This document shows positions 37,475-47,696 of a stretch of DNA of 64,000 bases, in pieces. This DNA comes from an uncultured Nitrospiraceae bacterium (lineage in GTDB: Bacteria; Nitrospirota; Nitrospiria; Nitrospirales; Nitrospiraceae): the NCBI GenBank assembly GCA_963846575.1, contig CAWJWJ010000002.1, positions 2,112,001 to 2,176,000 on the forward strand, in the 5' to 3' direction. The notes below the pieces were generated by a model that was given only the letters and a program-made list of their open reading frames with translations, was not told where the DNA came from and did no database searches. The translations under genes were made by a program, and so were the position numbers. The stretch's first letter is position 1. Each line of letters starts with the position of its first letter.

Positions 37475-37882
37475 TTACCATTGGTTATAAGGAACGCCAT
37501 TTGTGCCCACGAGCTCGGATCCTGAAAACACATCGACCATGCCGCCTTCTCCCTGGTCTACCATTTCCTGCCATGACGAGGTAGACGCCGTGATCGGATC
37601 GGTCGGTACCCGCCGGAGATATCCGGCCGATACCAGGGCCTCAATACTCTCAGGATACTTCCCTTTATCCGCCCGATGCTGATCGATCACATCCCGCAAG
37701 GAGAACAGATCCTGGCGCAACGCGCCTTCCTTGGCCTTGATGATCGCAGCGTGGTAGGACGGAACCGCTAGAGTAGCGAGGATTCCGACAATCGTCACCA
37801 CAATCATCAACTCGATAATCGTGAATCCCCGAGGGGACGAAATCGGCCATGCGCGATTACCACTCTCGGTACTTACTCCCAT
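37475..37882 (-). CDS. Pseudopilin (GspG/OxpG-like)
   Basis: G/FTIIELMIVV; LRQDLFSLRDVIDQHRADKGKYP; YLRRVPTDP; start uncertain. Confidence 0.88.
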   Translation of the reverse strand: MGVSTESGNRAWPISSPRGFTIIELMIVVTIVGILATLAVPSYHAAIIKAKEGALRQDLFSLRDVIDQHRADKGKYPESIEALVSAGYLRRVPTDPITASTSSWQEMVDQGEGGMVDVFSGSELVGTNGVPYNQW

Positions 37883-38363
37883 CCAAGGCAAGATCTTGAC
37901 TCTGGCTCGTGACATCGTACACGTCTTCTCCACACCAATCTTTGACGCTGGGCGGATCTCGGTAACACCGCATGCGCCAATCCGTGGCTCCGGTCATAGG
38001 ATCCGGGGGGATTGAACGCAGATACCGCTTGATCGTCGTTCCACGCACGTTGGCCTGCTCGCCCGTCAGCTTCACTCCCAGTAAGACGTCCAGTGATTTC
38101 GGATACCCGAACGGACCGGTCACATCCTTACAGCTTAACCGATTCTTCACACAGGCTGGTCCGGTCAACGTATCACCGTCACGCGACCATTCGAGACGGA
38201 ACGCATCAATCGCCCCTCGAATTATCCTCAGGTTCTGCCGCAGTTCGATTTCTTTCGTGCGCTTGGATGACACCTTCGTGAACGGCAGCGCAACCGAGGC
38301 TAAGATGGTGAGAATGGTCAACGTGACGAGCAACTCGAGCAGCGTGACGCCGGACTGCTTCAC
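37857..38363 (-). CDS. Pseudopilin (PulG-like)
   Basis: G/VTLLELLVTL; YPKSLDVL; YLRSIPPDPMTG; DVYDV. Confidence 0.88.
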   Translation of the reverse strand: MKQSGVTLLELLVTLTILTILASVALPFTKVSSKRTKEIELRQNLRIIRGAIDAFRLEWSRDGDTLTGPACVKNRLSCKDVTGPFGYPKSLDVLLGVKLTGEQANVRGTTIKRYLRSIPPDPMTGATDWRMRCYRDPPSVKDWCGEDVYDVTSQSQDLALDGSKYREW

Positions 38364-40753
38364 CGCACTCTCACCACTCCCTTAGCTTCGACCACGTCTT
38401 CCGGCCCCTCCACCCCAGCGTGCTTTGCTCCGAGCAGATGTACCGACGACACGCCCGGAGCCTTGGCCAGAAAGGTTACCCTCAGAAGCCGCCCTTCATC
38501 TTTGTGAGCAGTCGTGGCGCGATGGAGACGCAGCTCGACGACCCCCTCTGCCGAATGCGGGGTCACCGCTACCGCAGCCTTACCCGCTTCCATGCCCAAC
38601 ACTTCGCCCTGAGCCGCATCCCGAAACTCGAGAATCTGAGGATCATAATTGAGTTCAAACGTCTCGCGCTCCAGCCCCAACACATGTTTACCTATGACAT
38701 CGAGGCGAAACTCCTTGCCCAGCTGCACAACCGCATCGGCCGGCTGAATGGACAATTCCAACCCAGTCGGGACCACTTCCGTCACCGAGGCTTCTCCTTT
38801 GGCCTTTTTCGAAGCACTCTTTTGAAAGCCCGTCGCCAAATCGGAGGAGACCGAGGCGCGAGCCACCACTTTCTTCGGCTGCATGGCAAACAACGGAGAG
38901 GTCGCATACACGGACTCGGTCCCAGACCAGAAGGCCTGGTCTTGTGGTCCCGGAATTCTGACGGAATTCATGATATGCGGAGTGATTGTGAGGATGACCT
39001 CCGTCGTGACGCGCTGGGTTTTAAACGAACTGATGAGATTGCCCAGGAAAGGAATGTCGCCGATCCAGGGGATCGTGACTTTGGTCCGGCGATCTTCTTC
39101 CTGCAAGAGGCCCCCCAGCACAATGGTTTCCCCGTCACGTACATTCAACATTGTTTCGGCGGACCGGTTGCCGAACTTAAACTGCGTGATCGGCGGAGAT
39201 TGTTGCAACAGCACGGTGTCCCCCAGGCGAATCACTTCGATCTTCATCTTCAGGGAGAGCTCGCTTCCCAGATGGATGTTCGGTTCGACCGTCAATTTCA
39301 CCCCGGTGTCGCGAAACTCGATGGAAGTGACCGTGGAGGTGGTGGGGACGGCGCCGGTTGCCGCCTGCCCCGGCAACACGTTCGTCGTGGACAACAGGAT
39401 CGGTTGCTTGTCGCCGATATTGACCTCGGCTTTCTTGTTGTTCAGCACCCGCACCTTCGGCGCCGCCAGGGTCTTCGCATCGGTAATCTGTTTGAAAAAA
39501 TCCAACTGCACATTCGTGGGGACTTTGAACAAGTAACTATCCTGTCCCAAGCCGGCAAGGTTCCGATAGGTGAACTGCTGCGCGATGTCTCCCGCGATCA
39601 TCCCCGTGAATCCCGGTGGAACCAGCGAGGCCCCGATTTGTTTCGGATAATTCAATCCATAGGTCTGGTCGACCGTTCGATTGACCTCCAATACCTCTAC
39701 GTCAAAGAGCACCTCGGAATCCTCGCGATCATTGGCGTGAATGATTTTTTCCGCGAGCTCGACCTTCTCGGGTTGGTCGCGAATGACAATGGTATTCAGA
39801 GGCTCGTTGCCATGGATATGCTTCACATCCAGCATAGTCTTCAGCAAGGCAACCATGTCCTTGGCCTTGGCAGTGGACAGGTAAAATGTCCGTATGATGA
39901 GATCCTGATACTGCTCCTGCTTCTGTTTGGTGTTCGGGCTGATGATAAAGAGAGACGGTCCCGCCTTCTGGGCGAACAGACTGTTGCTGTTCAGCACCAG
40001 CGTGAGCGCCTCGTCAAAGGGTTTATCTTCCAAGGATACGGTCACGGGATCATTGCGCACATCCTTGTCGAACACAAAGTTGACTCGCGCTGCCTTACCC
40101 AACGCTTCCAGGACTTCCTTCAATCCGGCATTTCGGAACTGCAATGTCACGGGCTGTTTCTGTCGGTCGTCGCGACCCACGGCATGTTGTTCCTCGGAGA
40201 GTCGTGCCACCCCCTCAATGGCTTCCTTATATGTCGGATCCAGTTCAATCGCCCGCTGATACACCTCCATCGCCTCACTCACTCGACCGAGCTGCACCAA
40301 GCGTTCCGCCTCTCGAAAGCGATCCCGAGCTTCCTTTAATCGAAACGCTTCGGCCAGACCAGACTCGTGGTCTTTGCTGGTCGGTTCGATCGTCAAGGCT
40401 CGTTTAAACTCTTCAGCGGCCTGATCCAATTGACGATCCTTCAAGAGTTGACGTCCCCGCTCCTCATGCATGGCGGCCGCCCGCTCCCTGGAAATCGCAT
40501 ACTTGTTTTGCAGCGAAGGCTCAAACGGGTCATCCTTCAACGCCTGACGATAGGCAACCGAGGCTTCTTCCCAGTTGCCAGCAGCGAGATGCTGATCGCC
40601 ACGTTTGACATCAGGAGACGTCAGCGTTCCACACGCTGTGGTGATGAGGGCACCACACAGCACCCCGACTACTGCGAGGAAGCGGTGGCGGATCGAAATA
40701 TGCGTCATGGCATGCGTCACAGGGAGGGGTGAAGACATAAATCGGATCAACAA
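38360..40753 (-). CDS. gspD: Secretin (GspD/PilQ family) with lipoprotein signal, TPRs and C-terminal cohesin-like domain
   Basis: Lipobox-like TTAC; TPRs; secretin motifs LAAPKVRVLNNKKAEVNIGDK, GVKLTVEP, DGETIVLGGL, IPFLGNL; C-terminal LNYDPQILEF cohesin-like beta domain; start uncertain. Confidence 0.9.
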   Translation of the reverse strand: MLIRFMSSPLPVTHAMTHISIRHRFLAVVGVLCGALITTACGTLTSPDVKRGDQHLAAGNWEEASVAYRQALKDDPFEPSLQNKYAISRERAAAMHEERGRQLLKDRQLDQAAEEFKRALTIEPTSKDHESGLAEAFRLKEARDRFREAERLVQLGRVSEAMEVYQRAIELDPTYKEAIEGVARLSEEQHAVGRDDRQKQPVTLQFRNAGLKEVLEALGKAARVNFVFDKDVRNDPVTVSLEDKPFDEALTLVLNSNSLFAQKAGPSLFIISPNTKQKQEQYQDLIIRTFYLSTAKAKDMVALLKTMLDVKHIHGNEPLNTIVIRDQPEKVELAEKIIHANDREDSEVLFDVEVLEVNRTVDQTYGLNYPKQIGASLVPPGFTGMIAGDIAQQFTYRNLAGLGQDSYLFKVPTNVQLDFFKQITDAKTLAAPKVRVLNNKKAEVNIGDKQPILLSTTNVLPGQAATGAVPTTSTVTSIEFRDTGVKLTVEPNIHLGSELSLKMKIEVIRLGDTVLLQQSPPITQFKFGNRSAETMLNVRDGETIVLGGLLQEEDRRTKVTIPWIGDIPFLGNLISSFKTQRVTTEVILTITPHIMNSVRIPGPQDQAFWSGTESVYATSPLFAMQPKKVVARASVSSDLATGFQKSASKKAKGEASVTEVVPTGLELSIQPADAVVQLGKEFRLDVIGKHVLGLERETFELNYDPQILEFRDAAQGEVLGMEAGKAAVAVTPHSAEGVVELRLHRATTAHKDEGRLLRVTFLAKAPGVSSVHLLGAKHAGVEGPEDVVEAKGVVRVR

Positions 40754-41014
40754 GGTTACAACCTCTTTGGTATATCAAACTGCATCAGGTGCGACAATCA
40801 GTTTCTCGCTTTACAAGAGCGGCGCAGGGCCATCGTCTCGTTCCTCTTCGGCAGAAACGAGACGCGGCATGAGCCTGCTACAAGGTCACCGGCTATGAAA
40901 AGGCAAGAAAACGGGACGATGTCTGCGGACAGTGAGAGAAAACGTCTTGAACGGAATTCGATAGCACGATGGGAAGAGAGACCCGAGAGACTCGCTCCTC
41001 AGACCGACGACTCT

Positions 41015-42310
41015 TCACAATCTCCAGTACTTGACCGAGCCCGGTAATGCATCCGGGTTCAACACACTCCTGACATCCACGACGACGTTATTGCGCTGCT
41101 TGCGCAAAGGTCTGAGCAAATCAGGCAATGCCATTTGCACGTACTCCCGATGCGCGACGGCCAATACGATTCCATCTAGCTGCTTCAACTGATCCCACGA
41201 GGACAGTCGCAGCCCATACTCCCCGACCGCTTCTTCCGGTTCAGCAAGGGGATCATGGACCACCACTTGAATGCCATACTCTCTGAGCTCGTTTACAATA
41301 TCCGGGACCCGACTATTTCGCAAATCAGGCACGTTCTCTTTGAAAGTCAGGCCCAGTACCCCGACCCTTATATCGCTGACCGGTCGTTCGACCTGACTCA
41401 ACAGTTTCATTGTTTGTTCCGCCACATACTTCCCCATACTATTGTTGATTCGCCGCCCGGCCAGAATGACCTGGGGATGATATCCGACGGACTCAGCCTT
41501 GGCGGTCAGGTAATAGGGATCGACGCCAATGCAATGCCCCCCCACCAACCCTGGGTTGAACTTCAGAAAATTCCATTTCGTCCCCGCCGCTTCAAGCACC
41601 GACCTCGTGTCAATTCCAAGCCGATGGAAGATCAGGGACAGCTCGTTCATGAGCGCGATGTTGAGATCACGTTGAGTGTTTTCAATCACCTTCGCCGCCT
41701 CGGCGACCTTGATGCTGGACGCGCGATGGATACCTGCTTTCACGACGATCGCATAGGTCTGTGCGACGATTTCCAAGGATTCTTCATCCTGGGCCGAGAC
41801 CACCTTAATGATTTTTTCCAAGGTGTGTTCTTTGTCCCCGGGATTGATCCGTTCGGGGGAATAGCCGATTTTGAAATCGATACCGCTCTTAAGACCGGAC
41901 GCCTTCTCTAGGATCGGCAGACAGTCCTCTTCGGTGGCACCGGGATAGACCGTCGACTCGTATACGACGATAGCGCCATGAGACAGGTTGGACCCGATGA
42001 GCTCCGAGGCCTTCTTGAGTGCGGTCAGATCGGGTTGCAGCGCCTCGTTAATAGGGGTCGGCACGGCCACGATAATGAAGTCAGCCGTTTTGAGATCGGT
42101 CGGTTCCGAGGTATAGCGCACCCGACTGGCTTTCAAATCCTTCGTTGAGACTTCCCCGGTCCGATCCACCCCTTTGCGCAATTCATCCACTTTGGTCTTG
42201 TTGATGTCGAATCCGATGACTGGGGCATACTTCCCGAACGCGATCGCGATCGGTAACCCGACGTATCCCAACCCCACCACTGCAATCTGCCGCTGCGTCT
42301 TCTTCGCCAT
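41015..42310 (-). CDS. Nucleotide-sugar dehydrogenase (UDP-GlcNAc/GalNAc 6-dehydrogenase, TviB/WbpO type)
   Basis: GLGYVGLP, YESTVYPG, SPERINPGD, AEAAKVIENTQRD, GGHCIGVDPYY, FKENVPDLRNS. Confidence 0.93.
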   Translation of the reverse strand: MAKKTQRQIAVVGLGYVGLPIAIAFGKYAPVIGFDINKTKVDELRKGVDRTGEVSTKDLKASRVRYTSEPTDLKTADFIIVAVPTPINEALQPDLTALKKASELIGSNLSHGAIVVYESTVYPGATEEDCLPILEKASGLKSGIDFKIGYSPERINPGDKEHTLEKIIKVVSAQDEESLEIVAQTYAIVVKAGIHRASSIKVAEAAKVIENTQRDLNIALMNELSLIFHRLGIDTRSVLEAAGTKWNFLKFNPGLVGGHCIGVDPYYLTAKAESVGYHPQVILAGRRINNSMGKYVAEQTMKLLSQVERPVSDIRVGVLGLTFKENVPDLRNSRVPDIVNELREYGIQVVVHDPLAEPEEAVGEYGLRLSSWDQLKQLDGIVLAVAHREYVQMALPDLLRPLRKQRNNVVVDVRSVLNPDALPGSVKYWRL

Positions 42311-42868
42311 GTCGCTCCCCTCGTCAGTAAACGTCCTCGGCACCTCGGTCTAGTAAAAAAGAATGGCAGAATAAGTCTAATCCGTCAACGAAATCCCATG
42401 AGGACGTTGAAGAAATCGTGAAGCCGGCACCGTCCAGGAACAGCCCCTGCCCTTCCAACTTGCGCCACCATCGTTCCGGGTATTTTCCAAAGACGCCGCG
42501 CTGGCAGACTACAAGCTCTCCAAGCCTTGCCAGGTAAGCGCTCGCGCTGCTCGTGGGAATCACGCTCCACGAAAACAGGAGAGCTGCTGCTGGGATACTC
42601 AAACCATAGTTCTTCGTAAGCGACCGGGGACGGGCAGATTCTGTAAAAAAGGATGAGACGAATTTGCAAACATTAAAGGGTTTGCAAGCCGACAAACGCT
42701 GCTGATAAGGTACGCCTAAAAATTAGGCAACCGATCGCGAATTTCTCCAGCGTCCCAAGCCAGTCGCATCCCGCTTCTCGCGCCTCGAATCGCATCGCAT
42801 CCTTAGTCGCTGGAACCCGGATCGTAAAACCCATTACCATCATTCAATCCCGCGAGGAGAGTAAGACC

Positions 42869-43786
42869 ATGAAGGGCACTGTAATTCTCCACACCTTCAA
42901 TAAACTCTGTGCATTGGGAGTCATGTTTTCAGCATGTGTGGGAATAGCGAGTACTCCGCAAAGTTATGGGGCCGGAGCCTGGACGAATGAACCATCGGGA
43001 TTTTCCGTGGTAGTAGACTGTCCCTTTTCCAACTCCCTCTGTCCCGGTCTGTGGGATGCCTACAACTCAGCCTCATTCGCAAATGTCCCAGGTGGACCAG
43101 TATCGCCGAACACCGTCCTTGACGACTATATTGGGGCGGGATCCTCTACAGGCAACGGCATGTGGGGTGCGAATCTTTCTGATGCGAAGGAATTGTACAT
43201 AGGAACCTGGTGGAGCACTAATAGCGACTTCCAGGGCATGTGTAATAACGCCAACAAGATGTTGTTCGCGCGCAGCCCCTCGATCGACAACAACTTCCTC
43301 GTTTGGCAAGGCCCACCAGGGTCTCCCAAAACACTAAAGTGGTACATGCAGGCCACATATGATAACTGCGGACATCCTGGCGAGTTTGGAATGTGCTACT
43401 CCAAGGGTGATGGAACCGGCTGGTTTGAGCCGAATGTTGGCAATGGAACGGTCTCGCACGGTTCGGGCTGGCACAGGATCGAAATTTATCTTAAGACTAG
43501 CACCACAAAAACATCACGAGACGGGAGCGTAAAATGGTGGATTGACGGGCAACCTGTCGGCAACTATCCAACGATCAATCTTTCTCCTGGTGGCCTGCAG
43601 GAGTTCCAAATCAACCACACCTGGGATGGAAGTAATTGTCTGGTGGCGCCGAATCGTGACATGAGTAAATCTTGGCACCATTATTGGGACCACCTCCACA
43701 TATCAACAGGACGAGGAGGAGGTTCGACCGACCAGCCTGCGGGGCCACCCGCCTCCCCGACCCTGCGGAGTGTAACTACTCCGTAA
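42869..43786 (+). CDS. Secreted beta-jelly-roll protein, polysaccharide-lyase-like (paralog 1)
   Basis: GAGGAG RBS; signal peptide; WHRIEIYLK...DGSVKWWIDG...YWDHLHIS pattern. Confidence 0.65.
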   Translation: MKGTVILHTFNKLCALGVMFSACVGIASTPQSYGAGAWTNEPSGFSVVVDCPFSNSLCPGLWDAYNSASFANVPGGPVSPNTVLDDYIGAGSSTGNGMWGANLSDAKELYIGTWWSTNSDFQGMCNNANKMLFARSPSIDNNFLVWQGPPGSPKTLKWYMQATYDNCGHPGEFGMCYSKGDGTGWFEPNVGNGTVSHGSGWHRIEIYLKTSTTKTSRDGSVKWWIDGQPVGNYPTINLSPGGLQEFQINHTWDGSNCLVAPNRDMSKSWHHYWDHLHISTGRGGGSTDQPAGPPASPTLRSVTTP

Positions 43787-43936
43787 ATGTGCATCAGACC
43801 TTGGAAAGTTCATACACACGGACCAAGGTGGTCTGCCAGGATGTTTTCCGCTGGGGGGAGTAACCTGAGGCGCTATCAGCCCGATTAGTTGGCATCTCTA
43901 GGTTTTCCACTATGAACCCTGTCCGGTCAGGACGGG

Positions 43937-45514
43937 TCATGGGTCCGCCAATTCAAAAGATGACGGTCGAAGCCTCCGCGGCATTCTGCCGATTCGGAAT
44001 AGCGCTGCGTCACCCGACTGGACAATCAATTCTCCTTCCGAAGCGAGAAATCGTCTAAATTCGTCCGGCAACTTATATCCCCACAGGTAGTCGTAGTGCG
44101 TAAAAATCCTGTCCCATGCGACGCGATTGAATGGAGTATTCCTCTCGATTTGTGCATAGTCAGATTCGGCTGATCGCAGGCTTAACGGATGCGCTTCCCT
44201 CCAGGCATAAATGGTCGGCACGAACGCATGTCGATAAATAGTCGCGTAATGAGCAGAAAAGAAAAAATGCATATCCCATAGCCAGTCCTGGACAGAAGAC
44301 TGATCATGGACAACCATAGGATACAGTCGAGCTCCATCGGGCAAACGGTCCAACATATGAACCTGATCTTGCACCCCCTGTCCGATACGATTCCAGTAAT
44401 GCCAGACTTCGACAACTCTCACGACCGAAAGGGTCATTAAACCAACCAACACATAACACCCCACGACTTTCGAGACATGGATGCGAATACCTAACAGGAG
44501 GAAAACAGCTACGGGCAAAAGAAACCGCCGATCGACATAACTGGACTGCGCCCCACTCATTGGAGCACAGGCGTACAGAACCACAAATACCCCTGCCATG
44601 AGAACTAAATCCCGGCTGACTACACGCGCCCCCCTTTCTCTGAGCGAGAAAAGCAATAACGATACGAATACGACACCGAGAAGGAGATCTAGGATCAGGT
44701 TGTAACTCAAAAAAGGATAGACCAGTCCTGTGATTTTTTTTACGAGGAGGGGATGCCACCATATCATAGGTGTCTTCTGCTCGATTCCCAGGCTGTACCA
44801 GAGATAGGCCAACGTGGGAAGTACGACGGGCACAAAATCGATAACATCTCCGAGTCGAACCGTCCTGGTCTTGATCATCCGTAGTCCGGTCAAGCATACG
44901 ATACATATCGCCAAAAATATGAACGCTGAGAGGTGGGACACGTAGCCCACCATGGCAAACGTCGCAACCAGTAAAATGCGATTCCAGGTCCAGTTTGAAC
45001 GGAAGCGCAGCCACATCGCGAGAGTGATGAAGAAGAGGCCTAGTCCGAACATGTAGTTCACGAACCCGAAGGACCAGGCGAAATTGTACGTGAAGAAGGT
45101 GGCAGCCAACACGTTCCAATGAGGACGACCGTTGATGGCGAAGCCCAGTTGATGTAGCCCCAGGTTGAACACCACTACTACCAATGAGAGGAAGATCTTG
45201 CTGGATGCCTCTATGCTCACAAAATTCATGAGTGCGGGCACAATCAAATCCATCGACAAATTGGGTATGAGGCGCCCATCGCGATGGTATGTAGCTTGAT
45301 ATTCTCGACTATCATTGTATTCGTGAAGAATGTGCGCCCGAGCCAGGTGGTTGGGATAGTCATGCATTGCCGGATATGCAGCCAACCAGATTGGACAGAG
45401 CTGAAGCACTAGCAACATAACAAAAAGCAGGTAATAGCCCGTCTGTTGGCCACAACCTCCCGTTATTGAGTTGTTTCTCCATTTGGCAACCAGAGAATTG
45501 ACTTGCACTCGCAT
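43937..45514 (-). CDS. Polytopic membrane protein, GT-C-like glycosyltransferase candidate
   Basis: About 10-12 TM segments; first-loop DYPNHLAR acidic motif; GFVNY; C-terminal soluble domain. Confidence 0.65.
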   Translation of the reverse strand: MRVQVNSLVAKWRNNSITGGCGQQTGYYLLFVMLLVLQLCPIWLAAYPAMHDYPNHLARAHILHEYNDSREYQATYHRDGRLIPNLSMDLIVPALMNFVSIEASSKIFLSLVVVVFNLGLHQLGFAINGRPHWNVLAATFFTYNFAWSFGFVNYMFGLGLFFITLAMWLRFRSNWTWNRILLVATFAMVGYVSHLSAFIFLAICIVCLTGLRMIKTRTVRLGDVIDFVPVVLPTLAYLWYSLGIEQKTPMIWWHPLLVKKITGLVYPFLSYNLILDLLLGVVFVSLLLFSLRERGARVVSRDLVLMAGVFVVLYACAPMSGAQSSYVDRRFLLPVAVFLLLGIRIHVSKVVGCYVLVGLMTLSVVRVVEVWHYWNRIGQGVQDQVHMLDRLPDGARLYPMVVHDQSSVQDWLWDMHFFFSAHYATIYRHAFVPTIYAWREAHPLSLRSAESDYAQIERNTPFNRVAWDRIFTHYDYLWGYKLPDEFRRFLASEGELIVQSGDAALFRIGRMPRRLRPSSFELADP

Positions 45515-45892
45515 ACCAGTAGCTTCCACAGTTTTAAAATTGTTCAGGAGTCACACTAAGAGTTCGCCCACTACCACTCTGTTCAGGGAGGTAGCGACTA
45601 TCCGTTGCCATAGACATATCGGGGGATTCTGAAAGTTTCTCGCTCTACTTGCGCAACGCGCCATCTTAGTTCCCATCGATGTCAACCACGATCTACCGAT
45701 AGGAAGCGTATGCGCCTAGGACGTTCTGGGGAGAACCGAGGAGCTGCCCGAATGGCGAGGCCATCAGAGCCAGTGAGCACTTAGAAATTTCCTCGCAGGT
45801 CCTCATTAAACCATGGATTAACTCATTCGCCCTTGCTTGCAACGAAGTTCCCGACACGAGAACCATTCATCACTCAATCCGGCTTGACAGAT

Positions 45893-47140
45893 TCAGCGGC
45901 TCTCTGACCGCGAAAGGTTAAGCCGACGCTGTAAGCTTGACCATCGACTTTCCTTGACGGACAGCAGGCCAAATGCAGCAAAGGCGATCACATACGGCAT
46001 GATCGGAAGCATGTAGCGAAAAAGAGGCAGGGTGAGCCAATGTATTATCACGAAATATACCACCAAGCCTAGCAGCATTAATGGCAGGCCATTTCCTCTT
46101 TTCCAGGCAGCGAAAACTCCTATAATAGAAAGGACGTATATGCCTGCATTGACGGCCAATGTGACACTATGATTCCTCCCCGATTCCGTCGAATACCAAA
46201 GCCGGAAAAACTTTTGTAGCATAAACCCCGCCAATCCAATCGGGTCCGACTGCAAACGCTCTCGGTAGTTCTCGATCGCTACTTTTGCCAAGAAGCCATC
46301 GCGCTCTGCTGGTCCGCGCTCCTCCCCGGGAGGAATAATTCCTTTCGCCTTGGCCTTAGCAAAAAGCCTGGTCAACTCTGCTTGTCTTGTATCGATAGTC
46401 AAAAGGGGTTCGTAAGTTCCATATAAGATTACGGTGCTATTAGCCCCAACCGGAATAATTTCATTCAGAACTACATAATTGCGTAGCCCCCAGGGCAAGA
46501 TTACGATAATGAAACAAGCCAAAGACACCACATAATTTCGCAACCACTGAACACCTCCTCTACTGAAAGCGAAAAGGACGAATGGGAGGGCCAGAGGTAT
46601 AAATTGGGTTGTCCCTCGTACAAGCGTAGCCAAGCCGAGCACAATACCCGCCGCACAGTAGAAGAACCATTTTTCAGTTTGAATTCCATATGTTATCAGC
46701 ACAACGAACATTGCGATAAAAAAAGCAAAAAATACTTCGGTCCCAATGTATAGAGTCGAGTAAATCGCAAACGGATACAAAGCCCACGTAAGTCCAGATA
46801 GAAGGCCAGTACGGTGACCAAACGATTTTTGAGAAAGTAGATAGATAAGGGCAGCCGTGAAGGAATCTACGATAATTTGGAGCACCTTAATTGCGAGAAC
46901 TCCATTACCAAATAAAATAGTTGAGATGGCAATTAAAACCGAATACAGAGGAGGTGTGTAAACAGGAAACAGCGGGTCTGAGAAACCCTGCCCTTCAATC
47001 AGAATCTCTGCTCCCTTAAGATAGGCAAAGATGGCATTGTATGCCAGATGTGGTTCTGGCAGAATCCAGAATGCTACGACTCGGGCAAAAAGCGCCGTCG
47101 CAAAAATCATAGACATGCATCTTGCAGTGGACATAAACAT
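45893..47140 (-). CDS. ArnT/PMT-like (GT-C) membrane glycosyltransferase
   Basis: PPLYS, TE, GLATLVR, PWGLRNY, RYMLP motifs; multiple TM segments. Confidence 0.8.
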   Translation of the reverse strand: MFMSTARCMSMIFATALFARVVAFWILPEPHLAYNAIFAYLKGAEILIEGQGFSDPLFPVYTPPLYSVLIAISTILFGNGVLAIKVLQIIVDSFTAALIYLLSQKSFGHRTGLLSGLTWALYPFAIYSTLYIGTEVFFAFFIAMFVVLITYGIQTEKWFFYCAAGIVLGLATLVRGTTQFIPLALPFVLFAFSRGGVQWLRNYVVSLACFIIVILPWGLRNYVVLNEIIPVGANSTVILYGTYEPLLTIDTRQAELTRLFAKAKAKGIIPPGEERGPAERDGFLAKVAIENYRERLQSDPIGLAGFMLQKFFRLWYSTESGRNHSVTLAVNAGIYVLSIIGVFAAWKRGNGLPLMLLGLVVYFVIIHWLTLPLFRYMLPIMPYVIAFAAFGLLSVKESRWSSLQRRLNLSRSESR

Positions 47141-47622
47141 AACAACAGCACCCTCGGTTGATGATTAAACTCGCTTTGATCGAATTACAATCGCTGGCGT
47201 AACGTCAGACGACACCTCATTGTCTGAACACACCTTAAGTGATTCTGGTTGTTCCAGAAAGTGAGCGACCGCATGAAGGGATTCCAAGCGTCCTGCCATT
47301 TTCATCTCACAATGTCTGTTAGTCTGTTCTATGTATCGCCCAGGGGAGACTGTCAGAAATCCAGAGATCGGTCAAATAATTGATGGCCCCCGGTAGTCAC
47401 ACCCCTTACCTCTATCGATCAGCCAGGCGACAGGACAGCATATTGTTCAGTAACGCATGTGCGATCGCGAACCTACCTGGTGGTGTAAGCCTACACATGC
47501 CACGAGAACTTAAACCCCTAGGGCTTCTGATATTACGCGGCAGCTGACGATTACTCCTTGAGAAGATGCATATCCTATGGGATCTTTGGTTTTTCAGCTC
47601 TGTCAATCGCCAATGCTCTCGC

Positions 47623-47638
47623 TGGCACAACTGTTGCG
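47623..47638 (+). promoter_or_regulatory. Sigma54 -24/-12 promoter
   Basis: TGGCACAACTGTTGCG matches TGGCAC-N5-TTGC; about 60 nt before ATG 47697. Confidence 0.75.
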
Positions 47639-47696
47639 TCTCACAGCCACAAGTCATACACTTGGTCGGAAAATCTATGATGCTTGGAGGCGACCG

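Noticed and set aside
38420..40339. Long plus-strand ORFs antisense to real genes (also 8443..9543, 9802..10971, 11013..12290, 15000..16097, 16695..18164, 33376..34680, 49890..50858)
   Set aside because: Typical antisense shadows of GC-rich coding sequence, with no recognisable motifs.
42324..42695. Minus-strand ORFs of 123 and 94 aa upstream of the nucleotide-sugar dehydrogenase
   Set aside because: No RBS or motifs; more likely a divergent promoter/leader region.
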